Below are positions 1 to 13,366 of a stretch of 64,000 nucleotides of DNA, in pieces. This stretch comes from Chrysomallon squamiferum. Lineage: Eukaryota > Animalia > Mollusca. The notes beneath the pieces were generated by a model. That model searched no databases, was not told where the DNA came from, and saw only the letters and a list, made by a program, of their open reading frames with translations. The stretch covers positions 38,936,001 to 39,000,000 of the forward strand of contig CM022670.1 in assembly GCA_012295275.1 (NCBI GenBank), read 5' to 3'. The position numbers and the translations under genes were made by a program. Position 1 is the first letter of the stretch. Each line of letters opens with the position of its first letter.

Positions 1-125
1 AAAATAATTTATTTTAGATGAACATTTGATTAAATGGGACTATGAGTATTCACTAAGACTAGTTCTAGATATCACTACAATCAAATGAAATAAGAGATTA
101 CTTTTCATTTGTTTTAGTTACTTAC

Positions 126-294
126 TGAGCCATGTGTCTCCTGTCCTGAAATATCCCACACCCGAATAACCTCATCATAACCTCCTGTCACAACGAGGTT
201 GCTAACACGAGGATGAAACTGTGCTGCGTAGACAAAACCAGGATGTGGCAGCAGTTTCTCATTTTTGTCTCCAAATTCTGCTACGTTCCACACT
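126..294 (-). CDS. AHI1: AHI1 exon 19 (WD40)
   Basis: [56 protein letters not shown]. Confidence 0.95.
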
Positions 295-726
295 CTGACA
301 ACAAAAATAAAAATAAAAACCTCTGAATTTAATTATATTTAATTAAATAATATTTATAACTAAAATTTTAATGACCAGATCATGTGCAAATTATTATTAT
401 AGAATTTTTAATATTTCATTTTTATTTAAATTTGTTGTCCCTAACATCAAACTTTAAAACACTGAAATTATTAGTAACAAAATTAAATGTATATGTATTT
501 GTATTACCAATGTATGAAGCAGACCAAAAGATTGTTGTTGTTGTTGTTGTTGATGTTATTATTATTATTATTATTGTACAACAGTCGGTAAATAATAAAA
601 CTATTATTACTGAAAGAATATAACAAAAGCAAAAACTCTTTTTCAACAGTAGATGAAGATGTTATTAATATACTTTATAATAATATGTGTGTATTGTTTT
701 TGTATGTGTATGTGCGTGAGGGTGCA

Positions 727-767
<41 letters not shown>

Positions 768-2721
768 ATTTGTATTTTACCTTGCAGTACCATCAGAAGA
801 GGCTGATAACAAGTGAGTGTTTGTTTTTGACCAGCTCAGATCATAGATGATACCAAAATGACCAGAAAACTCTCCTTGTAATATGCATGATGGGATCTGA
901 TAAACAGAATATTCAACAACTTACAGTTTTAACAATCTTTAATACTGTAACAATACACAGACTAAATATTTAACTCCCAATTTAATAATAATACAAAATT
1001 TATTCTAATTTTAATAGGTAATTAGGCATCAAGATTAAAAAGAATTGTGAAAATTCACTATGGTGTCTTGATGGATTACTGTTATTAATTATCAGATGTT
1101 TTAGAGATATTTTCATTGTCGTAAAACTGGAAACTGTTGAGAACATGACAGGATTAAACAAAACTGCTGTAATGTTGTAACTGTAACAATATAAAATATT
1201 TGATGCAAATGTAAAGAATCCAAACCTCAAAGATTTTAATTGGAAAACCATCTTTATCCTGACATGCACACGCTAGAGATCTAAAAAAAAAAAAAAAAAA
1301 AAAAAAAATCATTTAAAAGAAGTATACAATAAATAAAAATAAACACAGAAACTGCCTCACATAGCACTGAAACACAGATAAACATATTTTTTCGAAGAAC
1401 ATCTCTACATGAAATATTATTTAAAACTATTACAAAATCATTTACACATTCGCAAACAAAGAAACGCTTATTATAAAACTAATCACAGGGAACTTCAACA
1501 TTTTTATCGACTGCTACAGGGAGTCAAATCTGAATCAGTACTAAATTAACAAAATATTACTAAATACACGTAGTGTATGTATTTTAACCAATCGCATTGT
1601 AACCCATACTAAGCTATCCAATTATGTATAATAAAATGTCTTTACCTTCCATCATTAGAAAACTTGAGGACGTAACATCCCTTTCTGCCTGCTGACAATG
1701 ATTTCATCACACTGTTAGGTATTCTGCACATCTGACCCAGCAGCCTCGTCCAAGAAGCCATAGGTCTCTTTGACTCATCTCTGGAAAAAAAAAAAAACAT
1801 TGGGAGATTTAAATTTATTTTGAAACATATTCAGTGCAAATTAGTCGATGCAATTTTAAGATTTCCTTTCAAAACCAGTATTAAGATATATTTACTCATC
1901 TCTGGAAAAAAAAAAAAAAGATAAGAGAGGTATTTTCAATTGATTGGGAGATTTAAAAAACTTTATTTTGAAAATTTTGATTAACTTCTAAATGATTTTT
2001 CAAGTACTTAAAAGTAAAAACTTTGTTTATCCAAACAACCCTTCAAACTGAATTTCCAGAACCTGTTTAGTTCAGAAAAGTTTCACTGTGAATGCATATA
2101 TAACAATACACATACAATTAAGCTAATAATGAAAATTAAGAAAACGACACAAGAACTTTGAAATTCGTAATAACAATCTAAAGAACAAGTAAATATATTG
2201 TTTTTTAAATCTGATGTTATATTTAAGTGACAAGAAAAAAATATACTAACTTGGTTCTTACACCCCAGTGCATAGATTTCAAATCCTCAAAAGTCATTCT
2301 CCCTTTTTCCTGCAATACACACATTTACATTCAACTTAATTATTTCCAGTATTTTAGTTATTACTGTGAATAAGCAAAATAAAACACTTAATCCTTAAAT
2401 ATGGATTTACTGATCTTGAAAAAAAAAAAAATAACAATAATAATATTTTATAACCAAAATAATAATAATAGTGTTTATATAATAATATTAAAACATATAG
2501 ATATTAATAATGATAATAATCTGTAATTCTGTATGATTCAAACAGATATAAATACAAGACAAAAGTTTTTCTTTTTAATTATTAACAAAATAGATGCTGC
2601 TACTTTTAATATACTGTTTGAAACTGCATTTTCATTATTAGTAGTATGTGTGTGTGTGTTTGTGTGTATATGACAAAGAGCGGGGTTTTTTGGAGAGGAA
2701 ATTCATATATATGGATCTATT

Positions 2722-2758
<37 letters not shown>

Positions 2759-2904
2759 CATACACACACATATATACACATACACACATATATACATACA
2801 TATATATATATGTATACATATACATATACATATATGTATGTGTCTATTTTATTTGTTTTGTAAAGGACTTTTCTTTATGACTCATTTACAGCTGAAACAT
2901 ATAT

Positions 2905-2936
<32 letters not shown>

Positions 2937-5900
2937 GTATAGATAATAGAAAAACACATTTTCTATAGAAGATATGTCTTACCTCTTGAATGGCATACAT
3001 TGAGCGACCTGCTGGTTCCACAGATTCAGGGGGGACAATTCCTTTCAGAGTGACGTAGAGCGTGGAAGGGTAAGTAACTCTTGGTGTACTGTCCCACCAC
3101 TGATAAATCTGTGAAGTTTACAAATAGCAAGAAACATTAAGATTACCAGAATCACAGATTTGTGTAAAAAAAAAGTTTTATATATATATATTTTTTTTTC
3201 TCTGTTGTCTCAAAACAATAGTTGGATTTTAAATTATTTGTTTAACTATCAAAATTTTTAATTTTTTACACTCATAAATTTATTTAAAGTTCTTATTTAT
3301 CGGTAATTTTTTCAAAACTGTTATTTGTGAAATATTTAAACATTATGAGATGTATATGATTAGAAAAGTAATTTTTTTAAATTAAATAAAGTTTTACTTC
3401 AGTTTTTTCAGGCTTTGGATGGAATCGTGTTGGAGGAAGATACAGCTGGAGTCGCACTTTGTTGTCAACATTTATTTTGTTGTTTGCTCCTCGTATCTGG
3501 AGAAAAGTAATTTTTATTTTAATACTTATTTATTTATTATAATTTTTTTTTAATTAAAGTCATTAATATTTTCAGAAATTTGATCTTGTAAATTATCCTG
3601 CTAATTGTATATAATAAATTTAAAATTTAACAAATACATTTAAACCCTCTCACTGCATTATTTTTGTATGTTAAACATTTATTTTTGAACAAAGAAAGAA
3701 TATATGAAGAGTTTGGTTCCAAAACGCTGTAAATCCATTTTCTCAAATTTATAACTTTATGGAACAAAGGTCTATAGTCTACTGTGTAGATCAGAGGCAG
3801 ATATAGAATTTTTGAGAAAAATTGAACAGCCATCAAATGCTGAACTTTTGGTCGTATTTTTTTTATTAATTTTGATTTTGGCGTTTATCGTGTTTTGAAA
3901 TTAAAGTCTTCATATAATAATGACTGTTCCAATGATCCAAGACTTTAAACATGGCTACCTTTAAGAAAGCCCAAGCTATGCGATGCCAACCTCCTTCTTG
4001 TTTGATGTTGCTGTATTTCTGAGCTGCTGCATTCATACTGACAAAATCCAAAAGCTGAAATCAGAATGAACATATTCTTGTAACATTTTCAAAAAATCCA
4101 AAATTTTATAAATTATTTTAAAATTAAATCAGAATGAACATATTCTTGTAACCATTTAACTAACAAATTTACCCAAATTATAAATTTTAATAAAAATGTC
4201 ACAAATATAAACTACAAATTACAAATTTTAATATAAATTTCATCATTATCAAAATAACTAACTTTTAACAAAAATATCATAACTTTCATACAAATTTGAT
4301 GTTTACAAAGGTGAACTGTTTGTTACTTGAACAACATTTTTATTATGTGTGAAAACAGCTAAACTTCAATGACGTAAGTTTCGTAACTTAGAGATATAAA
4401 ATTATCTGCACTGTAGTGAGAATAAAGCTTTAAGCATTACACTGTATGAAAATTAAGTAATGTTCAGTTAAATACTAACCTCAAAAAACACAATGACATT
4501 TGACTTCTCACTTATGAAATAGTTGAAATTTTCATTGAACACCAGCAGTTCTTCCCAAACGGGTAAAACTGATCTACAAAAAAAAAAACATCACAAGAAT
4601 TAAAACAAATAAAACAAAGATATGTAATATCAGTAATACAATGGTTCCTCTGATTGTTACATACCACAGATACCATTACTAACTTTTTTCTTATGCATCT
4701 CTTTAGAAATATAAATTAAAATAATAAATTCTTCATACAAATGACATTCTTAGAAACATTAAGTACTTAATATTAGCTATGGAATCTTCTTAGTAGAATC
4801 TAATTTGAGTTTCCCTTTCAGCTGATAGAAAACAGGAATCAAAGATTCTTATTAAAACTGTCTGGACACAGAACAAGACCACTTTATATAAACTAGAAAG
4901 AAAATAAAACATGTTTGCACAACTTACTTGTGCTGCTTGAAGTCAAAAGGTTGGGTCATAATAGGAAGGATGTGAGACAACTGTTCATTTTCAACTTCAT
5001 AGTAAGAACTGACTGGTCTGTTTCTGAAATATTATTTTAAAAAATCAAAATTTAAATGCATAGATATTAGCATTGTTAAATATGAATATTCAAATTTTAG
5101 TTTTCTTCATTGTGGTACTGTTTAAATAATAAATCAATTTTTTAATGTTTTTTTATTAAATATAAAAACAATAAAATAAAAAAAAATTGTTATTTACCTA
5201 TCTGTAGATGTATTTAGACATCTGAACTAATGCTACTTTTAGTTAATAAAACAAGCAAATAAAATAATGACAAAAAATGTGTTCTTTCACCTCATCAGTA
5301 CCAAATATTACATTTCTTACTGAATAACTACGACCAGGTTATATAAATTATATTTTAAATAAACATTTTCATTCACTGGTTTGTGTATACGACTGTGCTT
5401 AAATCTGTCTATACTTCTCAAAACTGTGTGAACGAAACCGTGTATGAAGAATTACTTGTGCTGTTTGGTGAGGTAGTAGCCAGTTTTGATGTCGACGATG
5501 TGAACTCGCACTAGAGGATGCATGATGTTGAAGTCATTCTTCAGCTTGTCTGTGCGGTGAACCATGACACTCAAAACTCTGCCATCATCCTCCACTTCAG
5601 GTTCTTTTGATATCTCCTCTTCCTCTTGTGGAGTGATTTCATCTGACGTCCAAAATACATTTTTTATTATTTGACGTGTGTATAAATTATATCCACTTAT
5701 ATAACAAAAAGTACCAGTTAAATTTAGTGATATGTTTTGAAATAATGTTAGTAAAGCAGGACAGTAAGCACAAAAAGTAATTTCATAAAAACAGATCTAA
5801 GTATTTGTTGTCATTGAATTTTGTTTTCGTATGAGAATATGACATCATGTACTTGGCACTGAAGATAATATTGATTGATATAACACAAATAAAGATGCAA

Positions 5901-8900
5901 GTTTTTCATTCTTTTTTAAACTGAAATAATGATGGAATATTTGTTTTCTTTATTGATAGTAAAATTTTATATCTAATTTAAAATTTAAAAAAAATAAAAT
6001 AATATAATATAATAACTGCAAGCAACCGTCAATATGCAAAACAAAATCTTAAAATTTTAGGTAATATTTCTTTTATGCCTAGCTGGTTATCATCCAAGGA
6101 ATCTGATGTGAGTAAAATATCCCAAAACCTGAACAGACTTTGCTTTATCAGTATTTTCCTTCTTTAAATGTTGAAATAATCTACATAATAAAAAAATTTG
6201 AGTGATTTATTAAGAACCAAATGGCTTTTCTAATAAAATTCTTTACCTTCTTTTTTCTTTTTCTTTTTTTTTTTTTTTCTCTTGTCTTCGATTCTGTTTC
6301 CTCTTCTGGGTGTTCACCACCAGACTGTTAATTAAATTAATATCCATTATTTAATTTATTTTATTAATTAGCTGACTGACCAAGGGTGATTGGTTTTGAA
6401 AAAAATGCAAGAGAGATAATAGTTAAGATAAACTCCATCATTTAACTAGATGAACCTTCCCTGAGACAGAATTTTGATAAATTAGCTGTAATTTGCATTG
6501 CAGTATACAGAGATCAAACTCTACAATTTTAAAATACATGGGGAAACATTTGATTTTTTTTTTTTTTTTTTTGTCTAATTGTAACACCAATGAAATGATG
6601 ACAAATAGTGGCAAGTTACAAAGACAAAAGAATGCATTTAATAAACATCTGATAACAAATCAGAAAATAGTGAATTCATCTAAAAGATGTGAATGGGTAT
6701 GACTAGCATTAAAAGTGACCTATTACTGCATAAAAATTAATTACATGCTTTTAAAAGACAACAGAAGCATGTAAAAGATTGGACGATTAAACAATGTTTG
6801 TGTATTTAAAACACATACCTGTGTCTTTTCTACTTCAATTTTCTCTTTTTCTTCTTCAGCTTTCTCTTTTCTTCTGGATCCATTGAAAGAACTTTGGTTT
6901 CTTCAGTATCAACTGGTGTTTTTGTTCTTTTCTTCTTCTTTGGTTTTGTTTTGTCAATTACAGGTGTTTCTTCTGCTGTTTTCTCTTTGTGACTTTCAGG
7001 CAACAGTGCCTCCCTGAAAACATAAAACTTTATATAGACACCTTACTTTTTGAACACATGAAATAGTGATGCCATTTGTTAATAATCCAGTCCACGGATA
7101 AATGCCAAATGGGTGCAAATTACATATGTTTTAGTATATTAGTAGACTAATTTTATGAAATTTGAATTAATGTTATTTTCCTCGTGAAATTTAGGTGGGC
7201 CACTCAGAAAGCTGCAAGCTGCAATTTGCCCAAGGCTTTACCAGGCTTAAAGTCAGTGCTTTAATTACATGTGTTCTAACGATGGAAGTTTCAATTCCTA
7301 TGCTTTAACAATGAAGTTTTATGCCAGTGCTCTAACAATGGAACTTCAGGCAGGTGCACTATCTGCAGAGATTCAGGCTGGTGCTATAACCATCATGCAG
7401 CATCAGGCCAGTACTGGAATAAAAGAACTTCACACAAAACTAGTTCGGCTTGAAAAGTATATATACTTATTTTACAGGTCTCAGCATAACACATACCTGT
7501 ATTATTTATTACCTGTATTATTTATTGTGGTATTTTAACAGATATTTTTATTTACTTACATCTCTATGACAGTTTCTTTCTTTTCTTCAGGTTCCTGAGT
7601 CTTTTCTTTCTTTTTCTTTTTTCGTGTGATTTTAACTGGTGTCTCGTCAATCAACTGTACTTTGTCTCGATTTTCTCTGTTTGCTTTTTCTTCAGAAGCT
7701 TCTACACAGTGAGAAAACAAATTATATTTCATTTAATCGACAGTTCTTTAGATTAGTAACATTTTACATAATACAGTTCACATATAATATTATAATGGTG
7801 ATATAATCAATCAGTTTGTTGTCATTATTTGTCAATCTTTTTTTTAAAGAAATAAATCGAATTACTCAAATGATATTGGTAGAATATCAAAATTCTTTTT
7901 TAATATATGAAAAAAACCTTATCTGATAAGCTGAATTATTGTTTAATTATTGAGTCATATTCATTTCTATTAAATGCATAAAAGAAATGCTGTTGTTTTA
8001 ATTAAAATAATAATTTTTCGACATTATTCAACATAAAATGCTAAAATGAACAGATAATCTAAATATAGAGAAAACAATCTATCACAAAAATAAAACATTT
8101 AAGAGAACACAAAATAAAATTGAAAAAAATGTATGTGACTTTTCTTATATTATAGAAAAAAATATATATACATATATATATTTTAAAATTGTTTTATATC
8201 AATATATACTTACTCAGCTAGCCTATTTAAAAATACATAAATAAGTAAATAAACAAATAGACAATATATCCCTAAATTTATAACATACTTGTATCTTTTT
8301 CTTCTTTTTTCATTTTTTGTCTTCTTTTGTTACTTTTTTCATTTTTAGGACTGTTGTCAGGATCATAAGTGTTGGCTGCAAGGGTTTCATCTTCATCTTT
8401 GTGCAGTCCTACAATACCTTTACCTTTCCTTAACGATTCCAGCTTCAAAAATAAAATAGAGAGTAGTAATAAAAATAACACCAGTAACAACAAAAGCATC
8501 AATAGTAGCAATAACAATAACAGCATTAATACTAACATTAATAACAATAATAGCATTAATACTAACATTAATAACTAAAATAATAACAATAATAGCATTA
8601 ATACGAATATTAACAATCAAAACTAGTAATAGTAACAATAACAGTAAAATACTGATTATTTTTCATGTAAATTCATGAAAAAGTTATTTTTATAATGGAT
8701 ATGATTTTTTATCTGCATTCTGGATTAATTAGTAATTTAATATATTTTATTTAATCTTTGCTTACAGCAAGGCTGGAATAAAAATCTTCAGTAAATTATT
8801 ACTGACTGATAATTCAAAGACTAAATCCACATCACCAATGTCAGCAAACGTCTTGAATTGTTCAAGTTTGAACTTTTAAAACTCACCATTTCTGACTCCC

Positions 8901-9379
8901 TTTCAGGACTTTTTGTTTTCTTCTTTTTCTTCTTCTTTTCTTTTGCATCACTATCAAAGTACAATATGTTAGGTATAAAAATAACTATCAAAATACAACA
9001 TATATATATATATTTAATAAAAAAGAAGAAGAATCACAGTGTTTGAGATCACAAAGGTTGTGTTTCATGTAGGATGTAAAACAAATATCTATATAACACA
9101 GAAAAAAAAAGGAATTATTTTTTGTTTTGTTTTTTTAAAATGTTAGAGTATAGTGATATGAAATAAGCTTTGTAAGTGTTTGTTATTATATTTTACATAA
9201 ATGTAGATACAGCAATAATTATATTTCTGGACTAAAATCATTCAAAATGTACTTCACTGATTTTATCTTCAGGACTAAAATAATACACATATACATATAC
9301 ATATACACACACATATATATACATATACACACACACACACACATAAACACACATAGACACATACATAAACACACACACT

Positions 9380-9426
<47 letters not shown>

Positions 9427-11215
9427 ACACACACACATCTACATCAACTTACTTGGCTGTTTGCTGTACAACCTGTTCTAACAATTCTCTGATTCTTTGA
9501 TCTGTTTCAACTGATTCAGCTGAAAATTATATATAACAATTAAAGTTAGTAAAAAAAAAAAAAAAATTTACATTTATAAAATTATATGAAACTTCCCCAA
9601 CATTAATTAAGCTTATGATATCAATGATATTCAAAGCTGTAATATGTTTTTTATAGAAAAAATTAACTGACAGAATATATCATGAGACTATATGGGTACC
9701 CAATCAACATTCCTTGATAACCATAACCCACCCCAGCCAAATATATCAAAATTGGTTTATCAAAAACAATAGAAAAAACAACCTAATTGTGGGAAGGTGC
9801 ACATAAAGACTATTTGCTGCTAACTGATAAAAATGCTGAACACAGTTGTGACAGAATTTCCTTTCTTGATCATTATTAGCATTAGTTTTTTTTTTTTTAT
9901 GTAATATATTTTACAGACAACAGCCATTACTACAAAAATTCACCGAAATGTGACAATCTAAACAAAATGACTTACTTAAAGGAATTTCTTCTGAAGAGGT
10001 TTGTTTCATCTTTTTCTTTTGCTTTCTTGGCTTAGCCACAACAACATCTACAACAGAGTCGAAACCAGTTTTTCATGTAACCCATGTCAATTCTTAACAT
10101 TATCTTATGATTCATATGCATGCAATAATTTATTTTAAATTCATTATTAGACAGATATAATTAAAGACAATGTCTATGAGAAGCAGAAAACAACAGTTGA
10201 AAACATTTTGTTTTAAACTACATTTTTAGCACAAAAATATTTGTAAGAAAAAGTCATCTATAAATAAACTGAGTTTCAGTTCTATATAAATATTTGTTCT
10301 TTTGGGGGGTTTTTGGGGGGAGTTGGAGTGTGTTTTTTTATTTTATTTTATATATCTTTTGTTGTTTATTTTTGTTTGTTTTTTTGGCTTTTAAATTACT
10401 TTACTGAACACTACATTATAAGTTCAGTATCAACTTCAAAATAGACTAAATGTTGAAATCATCTGCAATAAAAAGGTATTAGTTAATAAATGCTGCAGTT
10501 CTCCAAATATTGTAATAAAAGTAACTAAACTACAAATAGATTTCAATAAAATTAACTGTTAAATTGTGGAGAAACGCACTGAAATTTGTATTTTTTAATT
10601 AGTACCAAATTAAAAGTCTTCTTTTATATATGATTCTGAACTTCAATTTGGCTTAGCTATAATAATAAAAATAATAATAATAATGTGAGCTACATGATAA
10701 CTTTATAAACGAATGCAGGTTTTACTGGCATTTTTTTCGGAAGTATTTTCCTGGTTGCTATCTGTCTGGCTTAAAATGGCAAACAGTGTCACTGTCACTC
10801 AGTCAATGAAAGTTTAATTCGTGTTCAACTTTAAAAGAAGCATATTAAGTATTGTTTATAACACAATTGATGAATATTAAGTATTGTTTATAACACAATA
10901 GATGAATATTTTTAAAACTCCATAATTAACAGCAACAACAATAATAATGACATATCTAACAGTTACGAATTCACAACAACTGATTGCAGCGTAACATATT
11001 AAATGTACATAATATTCAAGTTGAATCTTGTCGCATAGCACCTGCAGGCGAGCTACACAGTTAATTCAACATAATCGTCGCGCGCGAACCAAATTATAGA
11101 TTATTGTTATCAATATTAGCATCCATTTTTAAATAAAAATCTCAAGATTGAAAACTGAGGGATTTCATTATAAACGTTAACTAACTGTCGCAAAACACTA
11201 ACCATCTTCCGCCAT
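126..11215 (-). CDS. AHI1: Jouberin / Abelson helper integration site 1 (ciliary transition-zone protein), 5' part, 19 coding exons, continues beyond the left edge
   Basis: Manually spliced GT-AG exons: 11203-11215, 9976-10047, 9453-9519, 8887-8950, 8289-8442, 7560-7701, 6819-7013, 6247-6324, 5456-5642, 4928-5023, 4480-4573, 3959-4054, 3398-3496, 2983-3108, 2251-2309, 1646-1780, 1226-1280, 781-896, 126-294. Translation contains [77 protein letters not shown] and WD40 repeats ([26 protein letters not shown]), matching vertebrate AHI1 as I recall it. Phases are consistent except at exons 7 and 8. Confidence 0.96.
781..896 (-). CDS. AHI1: AHI1 exon 18 (WD40)
   Basis: [39 protein letters not shown]. 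Confidence 0.95.
1226..1280 (-). CDS. AHI1: AHI1 exon 17
   Basis: [18 protein letters not shown]; phase 2-0. Confidence 0.9.
1646..1780 (-). CDS. AHI1: AHI1 exon 16 (first WD40 repeat)
   Basis: [44 protein letters not shown]. Confidence 0.95.
2251..2309 (-). CDS. AHI1: AHI1 exon 15
   Basis: [19 protein letters not shown]; phase 0-2. Confidence 0.88.
2983..3108 (-). CDS. AHI1: AHI1 exon 14
   Basis: [42 protein letters not shown]. Confidence 0.95.
3398..3496 (-). CDS. AHI1: AHI1 exon 13
   Basis: [33 protein letters not shown]. Confidence 0.93.
3959..4054 (-). CDS. AHI1: AHI1 exon 12
   Basis: [32 protein letters not shown] (within ORF 3866..4051). Confidence 0.95.
4480..4573 (-). CDS. AHI1: AHI1 exon 11
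   Basis: [31 protein letters not shown]; phase 2-0. Confidence 0.95.
4928..5023 (-). CDS. AHI1: AHI1 exon 10
   Basis: [31 protein letters not shown]; phase 2-2. Confidence 0.95.
5456..5642 (-). CDS. AHI1: AHI1 exon 9 (start of C2-like domain)
   Basis: [61 protein letters not shown]. Confidence 0.95.
6247..6324 (-). CDS. AHI1: AHI1 exon 8 (apparent 1-nt deletion in poly-A)
   Basis: cag|TCTGGTGGTGAACAC..AAG|GTAAAG; [20 protein letters not shown]; 78 nt, but 79 are needed for the phase-1 junction. Confidence 0.65.
6819..7013 (-). CDS. AHI1: AHI1 exon 7 (apparent 1-nt deletion)
   Basis: ttttcag|G..CAG|GTATGT; charged low-complexity peptide; the entry frame hits TAG at 6830-6832 unless one A is added near 6898-6900. 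Confidence 0.65.
7272..7431. repeat. Degenerate ~27-bp tandem repeat, ~5-6 units
   Basis: tgctttaacaatgaagttttatgccag / tgctctaacaatggaacttcaggcagg / tgcactatctgcagagattcaggctgg. Confidence 0.6.
7560..7701 (-). CDS. AHI1: AHI1 exon 6
   Basis: tag|AAGCTTCTGAA...GAGAT|GTAAGT; [33 protein letters not shown]; phase 1-2. Confidence 0.82.
8289..8442 (-). CDS. AHI1: AHI1 exon 5
   Basis: [36 protein letters not shown] (end of ORF 8278..8568); phase 0-1; donor GTATGT. Confidence 0.8.
8500..8616. repeat. 30-bp tandem repeat (TAGCATTAATACTAACATTAATAACAATAA), ~3 copies
   Basis: Seen directly; source of the Leu/Asn-rich spurious ORFs. Confidence 0.8.
8887..8950 (-). CDS. AHI1: AHI1 exon 4
   Basis: tag|T..ATG|GTGAGT; [21 protein letters not shown]; phase 2-0. 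Confidence 0.8.
9283..9437. repeat. (CA)n/(TACA)n microsatellite
   Basis: Seen directly. Confidence 0.95.
9453..9519 (-). CDS. AHI1: AHI1 exon 3
   Basis: cag|CT..AA|GTAAGT; [21 protein letters not shown]; phase 1-2. Confidence 0.82.
9690..9870 (+). mobile_element. Degenerate copy of the same SINE-like repeat in AHI1 intron 2
   Basis: Shared core with 41461-41499 in the opposite orientation; boundaries approximate. Confidence 0.5.
9976..10047 (-). CDS. AHI1: AHI1 exon 2 (Lys-rich N-terminus)
   Basis: tag|ATGTTGTTGTGGCTAAG...TTAA|GTAAGT; [23 protein letters not shown]; phase 1-1. Confidence 0.8.
11203..11215 (-). CDS. AHI1: AHI1 coding exon 1 (MAED)
   Basis: caacaATGGCGGAAGATG|GTTAGT; phase 1 matches the next exon; sits at the edge of a CpG-containing region. 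Confidence 0.7.
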
Positions 11216-13347
11216 TGTTGTTTATGTTTAGGTCAGAAGAAATCTAGGTTGATCGTTTTCATTGGGTAAAATTAAAACCATTATTTACACGGTAGCCGGC
11301 TTCCATATCTCAGAAAAAAGAAAAGGAGAAAGTGAGGGAGAGTGACAGAGAAAAACTAATTTCTCAGTGTATTTGTACATATCAGTATATTATAATACAG
11401 TCGTCATCTGAAAACAAAGGAACAAAAGTTTCTTAAGCGATGACGCCGATGTATAATTCAAATCAGTAACATCAATGTATCCATTATCGACAGGAAGTTT
11501 ATTATCTCATAATCGCATTGCTTAATAAAAATATCTGGAGCTGTAGATGACAAGTCTTCCATGCTGTACTGCATTTACTTCATATTGAACAGGACATGCT
11601 TTCACGGAATTATTCATTAAGAGAACTATAGAAACACGATAAACATTACATAACAAAATTATGTGAATTATATATTATATATTAAATATATTTTTTTAAA
11701 TTTCACTTCATAATTTTTAAATATTTATTTATTTTTAATGTTAAATTGTTATTTTATTTTAATGGTTAAATTATTATTTTATTTTTAAAATAATGGCTAA
11801 ATTCACATCAATTTTAATTCCATAGATTTTAGATGCTAAGGAAACGATATTTGTTCGCCATAATTATGTGATGAGTTTAACTATAAGGTGTTTGGTTGTT
11901 TTTGGTCGACTAATATTTTAAAATTTTATTTTAATATTGCCGTTATTATCCGATAAAATAAATTAATAAATGAAACATATGTCAATTTTTATTTTCAATT
12001 CATTTTAATTTTATAATTTTTGTAAATCACTCTAATAACTAACTATAATTATATTTGTCTTTCAGTGAAAATGTTTATTAAATCGATCTCACGTATTCTA
12101 AACTAGAATTCATTAATATTTTATGTGTGGGTCCTAAGTGTTAAATAAATAAGTCTGAAACAATAATTCAAAATTAATTCGTTTATTATTATTAACTGTT
12201 ATCATAATCATCATCTTAATTATTACCATCATCACGATTTTCGACATCACATATACAAAATACTTCATGTATTTGAAAAAAGGGAAGGGAAATAACTCCA
12301 ATATTCATGATCAAAACGTAAATAAACGCATATTTTGTTCGACACATTTTAATATTTATGGTTCAAGAGATCAATATGCATTATGTGCGTGTTAATTTTT
12401 ACATGAATGTATATATACATACTTTCATATACTTCCAAATCTACACAGTGTTTTATCTATTTTGTAAAATGATTACAGTGTGTATGTGTATGTGAAATGA
12501 AAACCCATGTGGTATCTTTGACCAATGTTATCGTTTCATGGTAAGAAATATTTTGTGTATACTTTCAGACTAGAAAGAACATACAGGTATTGTTCCCGGA
12601 GCCTACTACACTTCATGCCAGCTGTCTAACTATAGAACATCATCAACATGCAGTTAACACAGGCTTGAACGTTATATTCAAGTTTTATCACCGTAATTAG
12701 GATAAAGACATCTGTCACATCTGCTATTTTTATCACGCACGCTGTTGCATTATACAATATTTTATGATAATGCTAACGAACAATATGTAACACATATCGC
12801 CTCGATTCTGTTTGAAGCGTTAAACTGATAGGCCATTTGCATTACTACTACTACTATACTATTACTGCATATAGCACATATACCATCACTACTAATTCTA
12901 CACTACTAATAACAATGAGATCAATGATGACATTTTCTAAAACCTCTAAGGCATGTACTTTTAAGGACCCAAACACGTTAGATATTAACTCAAAATGTCA
13001 TCCAGTTTAACCGTTTCGATTCTGGTTGCAGAAACACCAATCATTTATTTATATTCCGTTTGGAATTCTGTTAGTCGAAGTATTGTCATGTTCTTTTCGA
13101 CGTCGGTGCCAACTCGTCGCCAGCAGCGATTCTGGTATCATCCTCATGGACGATTCATCGATTTAGCTGGTCCACGGCGACTGTTAATAATGAAAAATGT
13201 ATGCCTTTGATTAAACACCATGCAAAGTTTGACAGGTGAAGTAAGACCGGACGACAATGACGATGATATCAGATGGGACAGCCCGGCCACAGAATACTCT
13301 CTGCAAATCGAATAGCCAAGTCCCACGTGGCCGAGTTAGGTTTTTAC

Positions 13348-13366
13348 CGTGGCGCATTTTCATTGG
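13348..13366 (-). promoter_or_regulatory. ER stress response element match (CCAAT-N9-CCACG)
   Basis: Minus strand CCAAT GAAAATGCG CCACG, an exact consensus match; GCCACGTGG nearby at 13323-13331. Confidence 0.4.

Noticed and set aside
7269-7538. 89-aa antisense ORF in an AHI1 intron with 9-aa periodicity
   Set aside because: Explained by a degenerate 27-bp tandem repeat; no exon context.
11220-11310. RFX X-box expected upstream of a ciliary gene
   Set aside because: Only weak partial matches (for example GCTACCGTGTAAAT on the minus strand); not supportable.
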